Part shown: positions 7,830 to 16,591 of the stretch, in pieces
Numbering within the stretch: the stretch's first letter is position 1
Layout of the letters: each line of letters begins with the position of its first letter
Assembly (NCBI GenBank): GCA_964489085.1
Contig: CAZAXO010000002.1
Span: 1-42,739, forward strand
DNA: 42,739 nt
Direction of reading: 5' to 3'
Origin: an uncultured Candidatus Bathyarchaeia archaeon
GTDB taxonomy: Archaea > Thermoproteota > Bathyarchaeia > 40CM-2-53-6 > DTGE01
Program-made: the position numbers and the translations under genes
Notes under the pieces: generated by a model
What the model saw: the letters and a program-made list of their open reading frames with translations, nothing else
The model's database searches: none
What the model was told of the DNA's origin: nothing

Positions 7830-8444
7830 TTAATAAACAAATTTAATGGAAAAGTTAACTCTAGCTTCGTTGAACTCGTTGGGATTACCTATAAACACAT
7901 AAACGTCACGGGCAACAGGCACGATAAAGGACGCATTTTCAGCCGTTTCAGGGAATCTCGGGTATCGAGCAAAATAAATACCATCAACCATAGAGCTGCC
8001 AATCCATATATATACGTCATCGTCTGCCGTAAAATTCATAATAATATAGCCTGAAAAAGGTAACTCATAGATGTAGGTTGAATTCGATTTAATAGGTAGC
8101 ACTGTTGATTCGTTGACTGCCAGCGTAACTTCTTTTTCATATTTCAATACACTTCCATATTCGTCTGTTAAATTATAGTATTTCTGTAATATGTCTTTAT
8201 AACTACTGGATAACTGATCATATTCTATCCTTATCTCAGAATACATGCTAGATAAATTATCATAATATATCTCCTGAATCAGGGTTTTATTATATAATGA
8301 TTCGTATTCATCCTTTATATTGCTGTATTCTTTTAAACGGAAATATAAATATCCAGTTAATAACGATAAGATAAGAACTACAATAAAAAGCATAATAGAA
8401 ATAGGATTATCCTTTTTTCTTTTTACTGTACTTTCTTTAGACAT
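7830..8444 (-). CDS. Membrane-anchored protein: N-terminal TM, Tyr/Leu-rich coiled coil, C-terminal beta-rich domain
   Basis: 204 aa. It starts 'KRKKDNPISIMLFIVVLILSLLTGYLYF' (TM), then a heptad-like stretch 'EYESLYNKT..YDQLSSSYKDILQKYYNLTDEY', then a beta-rich C-terminus. Confidence 0.7.
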   Translation of the reverse strand: MSKESTVKRKKDNPISIMLFIVVLILSLLTGYLYFRLKEYSNIKDEYESLYNKTLIQEIYYDNLSSMYSEIRIEYDQLSSSYKDILQKYYNLTDEYGSVLKYEKEVTLAVNESTVLPIKSNSTYIYELPFSGYIIMNFTADDDVYIWIGSSMVDGIYFARYPRFPETAENASFIVPVARDVYVFIGNPNEFNEARVNFSIKFVY

Positions 8445-8672
8445 CGTTCTTTCTATAGTAGTCCTGATTGATTAAATTTTCTAAAGAAACAAACGTGTAA
8501 AGGCTTCATAAGCGTACATTTACATACTCCTTTTATTTAAATTCGAGAAAGAACAGAAATCCATTAAAAAACATTAACCGTGTATTAAAGTTTAAGCGTC
8601 TTGTATTTCGTGGATACACGATCCGACATAGAAGAAGAATAAGTCCAAGGTTTGATGAATTAGATCTGACAT

Positions 8673-9950
8673 CTAACTACCTTCATGAATGATTTGACCG
8701 TGTATTAGATCTTCCAGTGTCTCACGTTTTCTTATGATTCGAGACTCGCCATTTGAAACCAGTACTTCAGCTGGCCTTGGTCGGGTATTGTAGTTGCTGG
8801 CCATTGAGTATCCGTATGCACCAGTAGTCAGGAAGGCAAGTATTTCTCCTTCATCGATCTCTTGAATAGCGCGTTCTCGAGCGAAGATGTCTCCCGATTC
8901 ACATAAAGGACCGTATATGTCATATTTATGTAAGGGTTTATTCACTCCAGATGCGTTCAATATGTGATGGTATGCCCCATATAGGGCGGGTCTAATTAAG
9001 GTATTAAACCCAGCGTCAACACCCACAAAAACCCTTCCTGAAGTCTTCTTCAATGTAGTTACTTTTGTTAATAAGACCCCTGAATCAGCAACTATGTATC
9101 TACCTGGCTCTAGCCAGATCTCAGGTTCACCGAGATCATATTCGGAAAGTTTCTTTTTCATAAATTCGAAGATAGTTTCAATGAATGATTTGAGATTGAT
9201 TTCTTTTTCGTCTGGGAGATATGGTACTCCTATACCTCCACCGATATCTATAAAGTCGAAGTTAATACCTTTAGACACCTTCACATTGTGTGCTACATTA
9301 AGTAGGCGACTCAATGCTCGTATATACACATCCACATCCATTATACCCGATCCAATATGCATATGCATACCAAACTTTTTGACGCCAGCTTCTAAAGCTA
9401 TTTCATAGGCCTCAGATGCTTGTGATTCCCAGATCCCAAACTTCGCATCTGGTCCAGCCGTTATGACATGCTCGTGGTGTCCTGCTCCAATCATTGGGTT
9501 TATTCTCATGGAGATGGTTTCAGGCATGTTTATTTTTAGCAACTTCTTTAATTGGGAGATGGAATCTATATTCATTCGTATACCCATTTTACTTAGGTAG
9601 ACCATTTCGTCTTCGCTTACACTTGTACCGGTGAACAGAATTTCATTGGGTTGGAAACCTGCTTGAAGTGCTTGATATACCTCTCCTGGGCTGACAGCAT
9701 CGATCTCCACGCCCATACCTTTGAGAAGTCGCAGGATGCTGAGGTTTGTATTAGCTTTGCATGCGTAAAGTACTCTAGTTTTTAAGTAGTATTTTTCCAA
9801 TGATCTGATTAAATTAATCATTTTTTCACGTATTCGGTTCTCACTATAAACATAAAGTGGTGTTCCGTATTGGTTCGTTAAACTGATGCTTGATACCCCA
9901 TCGATATATAACTCATTATTTTTATCCTCATAAGGATATTCAAAATGCAT
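8673..9950 (-). CDS. lysA: Diaminopimelate decarboxylase (PLP-dependent, fold type III)
   Basis: 425 aa with 'LYACKANTN' (PLP lysine), 'HIGSG', 'DIGGGIGVPY' and 'GPLCESGD' motifs in LysA order. Confidence 0.9.
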   Translation of the reverse strand: MHFEYPYEDKNNELYIDGVSSISLTNQYGTPLYVYSENRIREKMINLIRSLEKYYLKTRVLYACKANTNLSILRLLKGMGVEIDAVSPGEVYQALQAGFQPNEILFTGTSVSEDEMVYLSKMGIRMNIDSISQLKKLLKINMPETISMRINPMIGAGHHEHVITAGPDAKFGIWESQASEAYEIALEAGVKKFGMHMHIGSGIMDVDVYIRALSRLLNVAHNVKVSKGINFDFIDIGGGIGVPYLPDEKEINLKSFIETIFEFMKKKLSEYDLGEPEIWLEPGRYIVADSGVLLTKVTTLKKTSGRVFVGVDAGFNTLIRPALYGAYHHILNASGVNKPLHKYDIYGPLCESGDIFARERAIQEIDEGEILAFLTTGAYGYSMASNYNTRPRPAEVLVSNGESRIIRKRETLEDLIHGQIIHEGS

Positions 9951-10062
9951 AACTAGAAAGAAGAGTAGCTATATATAAAAAAATGTATAAAATAGAATAT
10001 ACATGCATTATTTTAACATATAAATTTGTTTTTAAATTAAAAATAAAGGGGGGGAGGTCTAT

Positions 10063-10512
10063 TCATTCTATTTTGTTAGGGTTACCATTTACCTTTTTTC
10101 TATTAAAATATATGTGAATAAGCATCGCTATGAATAGGATCGATTCGACGAGTACTATTTCTTTCCCTATTAACTTATATTCATATGGGACGCTAAACCA
10201 TTTGTTACTTAATGGCCAGAATAGCTGAACACCTGAGCCGGTAAATAAATCTCCTATCAATGAATGCGATAATAACGCTATATAGTATGGGATCCCATTT
10301 CTGGTGTAGATGTAAAAGAGTACGAAAAAGAAAGTAATTATGATTACGCTGTGCGTTGGGCCTCTATGTGGAATATATCTATATAATAATAAATCAAAGT
10401 CAGGCAGTACTGACGCGAAAAATAACACGGGTAATTTATAGTTTTCCTTTCTAAACCTGTTATAAAAAAGGACGAGGAAATAGCTGAGGGCACAATGGCC
10501 AAACGGATACAT
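10063..10512 (-). CDS. DUF457/YdjM-like membrane-bound metal-dependent hydrolase
   Basis: 149 aa with 'GHCALSY', 'LPDFDLLL..IPHRGPTHS' and 'GDLFTGSGVQLFWP'. This is the intact paralogue of 750..1166. Confidence 0.8.
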   Translation of the reverse strand: MYPFGHCALSYFLVLFYNRFRKENYKLPVLFFASVLPDFDLLLYRYIPHRGPTHSVIIITFFFVLFYIYTRNGIPYYIALLSHSLIGDLFTGSGVQLFWPLSNKWFSVPYEYKLIGKEIVLVESILFIAMLIHIYFNRKKVNGNPNKIE

Positions 10513-10627
10513 TGAATCATGGATAGTTGTATCATATAAAAAGACATACAGTCAAAACAATGTTCACGGTATAAACGACGGAGACGACGTTTTCTTAGAG
10601 ATCAGCGAGTGACTTCGATTATGCAAG

Positions 10628-10825
10628 CTAAACTTCTGTTTCTACTATTTGCAAGTCTAGAACAGTCGGATTATCTAACACAGTATCTTTCACATAACTA
10701 ATCCATTTTTTCGCAATCTGATTTTCGATCCTTAAGCATGTAATGCAAGACCTTTGTTCAGTACATTTTAAGTGTGGGTCATGTATGCAGTCATCGTACT
10801 TATCTATTTCATCACTGGGCTTCAC
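10628..10825 (-). CDS. Small Cys-containing hypothetical protein
   Basis: 65-aa ORF in an intergenic gap with four Cys ('C.HDPHLKC....C..C'). There is no other support. Confidence 0.3.
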   Translation of the reverse strand: MKPSDEIDKYDDCIHDPHLKCTEQRSCITCLRIENQIAKKWISYVKDTVLDNPTVLDLQIVETEV

Positions 10826-10984
10826 AGCTACTACTCAAGGAGTAAAATGAAAAGACAAGATAAAAATTCGATAGAATACAGATCTATATCATCAGTTAGA
10901 TATATTATTCTTAAAAGAAGAGTTTTTTCGCTGCAATGAATTATGTTGGATTGCTTACAAAGAGAAAGACTAGAATATTGTATA

Positions 10985-12484
10985 TTATTGTTGGTAGACT
11001 ATTTCTCCATCGATCATCGTCAAGAATGCCTTTATCTTTTTTATCCTCCTCTTCTCAGCCTCAATGATACCTGGATCGTCTGTTTGTAGTTTAAATTCGT
11101 TTGACGTGATATCGAATGGAAAAACGGTTATGTCAGCTATCTTACCTGGCTCAATAGATCCCTTAAAGTCTTCCTCGCGAGTCGCGTAAGCGCCTTCCAG
11201 GGCATAACATTTCACGGCTTCCTCAACTGTAATCCTACTTTCCTTTATTGGATGGTTTACTGCTGACCAGATACCATACAATGGATTAAACGGCATGCCA
11301 TCTGAACCAAACGGTAAATGGAAACCTAGATCCAAAAGACGTCTGTACGGGTTACATCTCTGGAGTCGTCTATGACCCAGTCTTGTTTCATACATTCCCC
11401 CCGGCCAAGCCCATTCCCCAACGAAGTTAGGCTGCATTGAAGCCACTATTTCGAGTTTTTTTGAACGGGTTATGTCTTCGTCTGTAGGGTACTCGAAGTG
11501 TTCGATCCTATATCGGTGGTCCATTCTAGGCTCCAAATTTAGTACTTCCTCGATTCTATCGATTGCTTCAGTAATGGCAAGGTCTCCAATAGCGTGTATG
11601 GCGATGATGCCCCCTTTCGCGTGGGTTTTAAGAGCCCTCTCCTTGTTGAGTTCCTTGTCCCCGACGTGGACCCCTGTGGTGTTTGGGTTGTTCACGTATG
11701 GTTCGTACAGGAGAGCCGTCTGCGCCCCCATTGATCCGTCTATTCCGATCTTAAGGGTGCCGAAGCTTAGCCAGTGGTCTCCCTCTGGTTCTCTTGGGTA
11801 CCCGGTCATTACGTGGCACCTTAACTTGAGTTCCCCATCTCTGTGTGCATCGACATATGGGGTGCTGGAGGTGTTTATGGCCTGTTCATCGGGTCTACTG
11901 GCGTCATGGATAGAGGTTGCGCCTAGGCTGTGAGCGTGTTTAATTGCATCTCTCAGCCCCTGTCTCAGTTCGTCATAGGTTGGTGGGGAGACAAATGGTT
12001 GGACGAGGACTCTCGCGTCTCTGAGGACGCCTGTTGGTTCTCCATTTTCATCCTTATCTATTACCCCTCCAGATGGGTTTGGAGTTTCCTTGGAGACGTT
12101 GCACTCGTTGAGAGCGACACTGTTTAGAACCATCATATGCCCGCATACACGAGTCAAGATAACAGGGTTCTCAGTTGAAACTTTATCAAGGTCGTATCTT
12201 GTCGGATATCGCTTCTCTTTGAGATTCTGGTCATCCCATCCTCTTCCCTGAACCCATCTCCCAGCAGGAACCTCTCTAGTCTTTATATACTCATCCAAGC
12301 CCTCAATAATGTCTCTGATTGAGGTTGCATCACTTAAATCAATCTGTGTGAGCCTATATCCCATTGCTAGGAAATGAGTATGACTGTCTATTAGCCCAGG
12401 TACAACGGTCTTACCCGATACATCAATTACCAATGCTCCATCAGGTATCTCTACCTCGTCACTGGGCCCTACTTCATTTATCAT
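10985..12484 (-). CDS. Metal-dependent amidohydrolase (YtcJ-like / Amidohydro_3); true 5' end probably upstream of 12484
   Basis: Motifs include 'PGLIDSHTHF' (HxH), 'IHAIGD', 'RIEH' and 'FGSDG'. The frame stays open to about 12573 and encodes 'IIKAIKCGNLIDGTGSSALRDVVIIIQGN', the usual N-terminal beta-sandwich strand of this family. That extension has no ATG, GTG or TTG. Confidence 0.9.
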   Translation of the reverse strand: MINEVGPSDEVEIPDGALVIDVSGKTVVPGLIDSHTHFLAMGYRLTQIDLSDATSIRDIIEGLDEYIKTREVPAGRWVQGRGWDDQNLKEKRYPTRYDLDKVSTENPVILTRVCGHMMVLNSVALNECNVSKETPNPSGGVIDKDENGEPTGVLRDARVLVQPFVSPPTYDELRQGLRDAIKHAHSLGATSIHDASRPDEQAINTSSTPYVDAHRDGELKLRCHVMTGYPREPEGDHWLSFGTLKIGIDGSMGAQTALLYEPYVNNPNTTGVHVGDKELNKERALKTHAKGGIIAIHAIGDLAITEAIDRIEEVLNLEPRMDHRYRIEHFEYPTDEDITRSKKLEIVASMQPNFVGEWAWPGGMYETRLGHRRLQRCNPYRRLLDLGFHLPFGSDGMPFNPLYGIWSAVNHPIKESRITVEEAVKCYALEGAYATREEDFKGSIEPGKIADITVFPFDITSNEFKLQTDDPGIIEAEKRRIKKIKAFLTMIDGEIVYQQ

Positions 12485-12767
12485 GTTACCTTGAATAATG
12501 ATGACGACATCACGCAGCGCCGAGGATCCCGTACCATCAATAAGGTTTCCACATTTAATAGCCTTAATTATTTTTTTTCGCCAAATATTCTGCGATATTC
12601 GTATTAATAAAACTTACTTAAAAAATACTAAAAAATCATTGAAAATCATAAATATAATTATTTATCAAGGCTAATTTTATTTAATATATGCTATAATAAT
12701 ATGAGCTGAGAGTATCATGTGTGCCATTGAATTGTTAATTTTATAATGCAGAACATCGTTCTAAAAC

Positions 12768-12780
12768 ATTTTTAAGAAAT
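12768..12780 (+). promoter_or_regulatory. TATA-like box upstream of tRNA-Lys
   Basis: The A/T element 'aTTTTTAAGAAAt' is centred about 29 nt upstream of tRNA position 1 (12803). Confidence 0.35.
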
Positions 12781-12802
12781 AAGGATGAGAAGTTGAAGTG
12801 TT

Positions 12803-12880
12803 GGGTCTGTAGCTCAGCAAGGTCAGAGCAGTGGCCTCTTAAGCCATTGGTCGAAGGTTCGAATCCTTCCAGACCCGCCA
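12803..12880 (+). tRNA. tRNA-Lys (anticodon CTT), CCA encoded
   Basis: Folded by hand. Acceptor GGGTCTG/CAGACCC, D stem GCTC/GAGC and anticodon stem GTGGC/GCCAT. The anticodon loop is CT-CTT-AA. T arm GAAGG-TTCGAAT-CCTTC, discriminator G, then CCA. No intron. Confidence 0.93.
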
Positions 12881-13012
12881 TATAAATTATCACCCTCACA
12901 CGTTTCACATATCTATAGTGGTATCTCTATTCGATTAAATCCTGTTCTCCTAGGAAAAATAAGTCAGGGAGTTTACTACCAACCTTTGCAAACGTGTTTA
13001 TTATTTTTGACA

Positions 13013-13159
13013 TCATCTTTTTTCGTTGAATTTCATAAGTTCCTCAATTACCCCTGCCATAATGTTGAGACGTTTTCTCAGATCATTGTTTTCAGTTTGA
13101 AGTAGCTCTATCTGTCTTCTCTGCCTATCAAGTTCTCTACTATTGTTCATGTTAGCCAT
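13013..13159 (-). CDS. Possible 48-aa coiled-coil peptide
   Basis: This ORF is my own translation and is below the track size cutoff: 'MANMNNSRELDRQRRQIELLQTENNDLRKRLNIMAGVIEELMKFNEKR'. It has a heptad-like charge/Leu pattern but no other support. Confidence 0.25.
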   Translation of the reverse strand: MANMNNSRELDRQRRQIELLQTENNDLRKRLNIMAGVIEELMKFNEKR

Positions 13160-13347
13160 AATCAATAATCAAGTTATTATTTCTTATTAGACAATAAATT
13201 ATGACTATTAGATAAACAAATATTATACATCTGTTATAGATTTAGAATTTCATGTATAAAATTACATATTTATTCACATTATAATCCTCCATGAATTAAA
13301 AATTGTATGTATTATGTTACTTAAAGTCGATCATGTGGGTCTAATGG

Positions 13348-14007
13348 CTACCTTGGTTCTTTTTTAATTAATGGAGTATCGTCTTGTATTCTTTCAATTT
13401 TATATACTTGCAGGTCATCTTCTATCGTTTCTTCCGAGTAAACCTTCGTGACTAAAGTCTGGTTTTCCTTTAAAATATTGATCAGCTTGATGTATGCCTT
13501 GCGGCTTACTATGATGAATACGACTCCAATTAAAGTGAAGATCCACCCGAGGAAGTAGAGGTGAACTGATTTTCCAAACAACATCATCACTGGCCAAGGG
13601 TTAAGGAGATCGTATACTGCGAAGGCTAAGCCAAACATGAGCAGATAGTACTGAAACACTATGTGGCCATCCATCGTGTTTCTCTCTTCCTCTAATCCAT
13701 GTAATTCATGAAGCTTTTTTCGCCAGACTCTCCCGAACTCTATTAATTCATGCGGCTCTTCTCCATCCAACATCCTTTCTTTGAGTAGCTCTTCCATCTC
13801 CTTATTTATCTGCATCATCTTCTTTTTTACCGCATCGATCGTAAACCTATATCTTTCATCGAACTCGTTGTAAAAAGAGCGGAACATGAAATAATTAAGC
13901 AGGCATACGATGCAAACTGTGGCCATTAAAGCATAGACCTGTATCAATTCAAGAAAAATAATCTTTATGGTAAAAAAATAGTTTGTAGGTAGAAGATATC
14001 TATTCAT
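13348..14007 (-). CDS. Hypothetical membrane protein (TM - charged helical segment - 2 TM)
   Basis: 219-aa ORF with hydrophobic segments around residues 15-45 and 120-170 and a charged helical middle ('KEMEELLKERMLDGEEPHELIEF'). The start is uncertain. Confidence 0.6.
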   Translation of the reverse strand: MNRYLLPTNYFFTIKIIFLELIQVYALMATVCIVCLLNYFMFRSFYNEFDERYRFTIDAVKKKMMQINKEMEELLKERMLDGEEPHELIEFGRVWRKKLHELHGLEEERNTMDGHIVFQYYLLMFGLAFAVYDLLNPWPVMMLFGKSVHLYFLGWIFTLIGVVFIIVSRKAYIKLINILKENQTLVTKVYSEETIEDDLQVYKIERIQDDTPLIKKEPR

Positions 14008-14231
14008 TACACTTTTTATCAGTTCTGGCTTAACAAAGATATTAAAAATGTGGGAATGTTAAACTATGGCTAATGACTAAGACATTTTTTCTAAATGGAA
14101 TAAAATGTTTTTCTCATTGACGAGAATAACCTCAAAGATAATTTATAGATACTTTAATACCTATATGTAAGCTATAAATGCATGTTCATTCACTATCTGA
14201 TTAAATTGCTTTTAATATTTGTGCATGTAAT

Positions 14232-15635
14232 TTAATAACGACAAATAGTATTAGCAACATCTAGAAGTATTGTAACTAATGGTTTTAAGGGACCTAGAAA
14301 GCCGGATATAGAGCTTAATTCCCTAAGGTCGTTCTTCACTAATCCTCCTGTTAAAAGTATAAGAATGCAATACAAGAGGAAAAAAATTGGGAGAGTAATC
14401 AATATAGTATAGATACTATTTTTTTGGAGAAGATAGACAGGGACATAGCTTACTAGTGTCGCTATACTTGCAGAGATATATATTGAAAATGACGACTTTG
14501 TATCAAAGCCAATGTCGAGATTCTTCTTGATCCAATAGAGTCCGTAAATTAACCCCAATCTAGGAGCTATGATCATCGTTGTCAACATACCCAAAATTCC
14601 ATATTGGGGTATGAGCCACAGACTTAATGGAACCCCAAATATAATAGAGATCAGTTGCATCCTTAAAGTTACTTGTGTCTCGCCGATACCATTCAGAAGG
14701 CTACCAGCAGTAAGACTACCAATTCCTTGGAAGAGGAACATAACAAGATAAAATTTCATGTAAAGGGATGTATAATCAAAGCCAACAGGATATATTATTT
14801 TAACGATCGAGTCTGAGAGCAGGATCAGTGCGAATGTAATAGGGATAGTTAAAATCGAAGTATATTTCACAGCCCTCTGGAATAGAGGCTTCAATGCCTC
14901 TCTACGATTGTTCATCTTTGAGAAAAGTGGAAAAAGTACGGTAGAAAGAGGTATTGTAAATAGATTAACGATGACACCGAAGTTAATTGCCGCGTAATAG
15001 TTGCCAATCTTTTCCAAATCTATGTATAACGTCATTAATACAGAGTAGAGTTGCTGTAAACCACCAACGGCTACTGTCCCCAAGTAGAGGGGAAATCCGT
15101 AAGCTAGGATAAGCTTCAACCCTGATATTATATCATAATCATCACCAGATAACTCTGTCCTAGCGAGGAAAAAGATAATAAAAACTCCGAATACTCCAGA
15201 AATTAAAACGGCAATAGCATTCCCCAATACTGCGCCGAATGGCCCATAACCTAACCAGACAAGGATCGGCGGAGTGAATGATTTAAAGAATGCCCAAATT
15301 AGTTGGTTAACAGCCCTAATGTCCATCCTATCGTATCCTACGAAGACGGCCTGAGCCATCGTAAAAAGCCCTTCACCGAAGACATATAATGACGCTGCCC
15401 TCAAGAGGGAACTTAAATCCGGGTTTTTCAGGAACCCTTCAGCTATCAGGTTCGCATAATAATATAGTAGCGCTGCTGAAAGGGTCATCGAAACTAAGTT
15501 GAATACGAATCCTGCCTCCAACAATTTTCTTACCCTATCTTTTTTTCCCTCATAACGATACTGTGCAATATACTTTGTTAACGCATTATTAACACCAAAA
15601 TCGTTCAATAAGATGGCTATGCTGGCAGGCACCAT
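14232..15635 (-). CDS. Wzx-type oligosaccharide/polysaccharide flippase (MOP superfamily); true 5' end probably upstream (to ~15791)
   Basis: The ORF encodes 12 or more TM helices and 'FGVNNALTKYIAQY', typical of the polysaccharide biosynthesis protein family. The frame stays open to 15848. That extension encodes 'SEGFTEIAQSSARGGFVLFLGQIASYLLSAISTIIIANFLGS', the expected TM1, with no ATG, GTG or TTG. An in-frame CTG at 15791 follows a GGAGA. Confidence 0.88.
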   Translation of the reverse strand: MVPASIAILLNDFGVNNALTKYIAQYRYEGKKDRVRKLLEAGFVFNLVSMTLSAALLYYYANLIAEGFLKNPDLSSLLRAASLYVFGEGLFTMAQAVFVGYDRMDIRAVNQLIWAFFKSFTPPILVWLGYGPFGAVLGNAIAVLISGVFGVFIIFFLARTELSGDDYDIISGLKLILAYGFPLYLGTVAVGGLQQLYSVLMTLYIDLEKIGNYYAAINFGVIVNLFTIPLSTVLFPLFSKMNNRREALKPLFQRAVKYTSILTIPITFALILLSDSIVKIIYPVGFDYTSLYMKFYLVMFLFQGIGSLTAGSLLNGIGETQVTLRMQLISIIFGVPLSLWLIPQYGILGMLTTMIIAPRLGLIYGLYWIKKNLDIGFDTKSSFSIYISASIATLVSYVPVYLLQKNSIYTILITLPIFFLLYCILILLTGGLVKNDLRELSSISGFLGPLKPLVTILLDVANTICRY

Positions 15636-16004
15636 GACAATAGTGACCTCACCAAGGCTGTAAGAGCCTAGAAAGTTAGCGATAATGATTGTGCTTATTG
15701 CAGATAGGAGATATGAAGCGATTTGCCCGAGAAAAAGGACAAAGCCGCCTCGAGCCGAGCTTTGAGCTATCTCCGTAAAACCTTCAGACAGTAATGATCG
15801 TCTCCTTTCAGTGTAAATTAGATGGCTCAGCCTTAAATTTAGATGTATTTATTCATTTATACCAACTTTAGATATTTAATAAATTTCTTGTTTAGAATGA
15901 GAAAGTAGTTTATAGTAGAATATAAACACACTATAAATTACATACATAATATAGAGTAGTTATGGATACTATTATATGCACTGCCGATTACTAATGAAAG
16001 CTAT

Positions 16005-16367
16005 ATGCTATCCATTGCTCACCTCAGGGAAGTAAGGAAACTTGCTATAAGGAAACATGTCTGGTATAAGGTCCTTGACGGGTTAGAGAGAGGCATTATC
16101 AATCTAACAATTAAGCTTGTTAATCATGTAAAGAGTCCACGACTTGCTGATACAATAGCTAAGATAATGCTGAATCTTGAACTGGCTCTGAGAAGTGAGT
16201 ATTCCAGGCACTTGGAATCATATGGTTATCATAAAATGAGAATCATCATAGATATCTCAATAAAGCTTGGATACCAAGAGGCTTCGAGTTGGGCAAGCGA
16301 AGCCTTCGCGCGGTTATTAACACTTAACAACATGTACAACGCTGTGAGATGGAGGCAGCTCAACTAG
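16005..16367 (+). CDS. Hypothetical all-helical 120-aa protein
   Basis: The ORF lies in an otherwise empty gap. Its composition is helix-rich and no family was recognised. Confidence 0.45.
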   Translation: MLSIAHLREVRKLAIRKHVWYKVLDGLERGIINLTIKLVNHVKSPRLADTIAKIMLNLELALRSEYSRHLESYGYHKMRIIIDISIKLGYQEASSWASEAFARLLTLNNMYNAVRWRQLN

Positions 16368-16591
16368 TAGGTAAAATATAATAAAACCTAGAAGAGTGAT
16401 CATAATACTGGCTTACATACGAACTAATGCTAGAGCGTTCATAGGTTTATCTCTAGATAAAACGTTCTATCTACAGATATGAACTACTTAATTACAGACT
16501 ATTTTAATATAATCCATCGTAAGTAACCTTTTTTTAGAAAAATGGAATTCTCCATCAATAAACCAAATATATACTTAGAAAGGATAGTAGG

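Noticed and set aside
9094-12127. Antisense or alternative-frame ORFs within lysA (9094..9408), the DUF457 gene (10344..10547) and the amidohydrolase (11472..11933, 11930..12127).
   Set aside because: They are shadow ORFs of well-supported genes. Their Ser/Pro/Ile-rich nonsense composition is typical of the antisense frame.
12803-13347. An integrated element using tRNA-Lys as attachment site.
   Set aside because: There is no integrase and no detectable duplicate of the tRNA 3' end in the window. This is kept only as a boundary observation in the findings.
15700-15760. An apparent frameshift in the 5' part of the flippase gene.
   Set aside because: It was an artefact of my miscounting a T5 run as T4. 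On recount the frame is continuous, and only the missing canonical start codon remains unexplained.
16005-16367. An HEPN-like R-x5-H ('RSEYSRH') in the 120-aa helical protein, suggesting a toxin or RNase.
   Set aside because: A single short motif occurs often by chance. There is no adjacent nucleotidyltransferase or antitoxin partner and no other HEPN features I could verify by eye.
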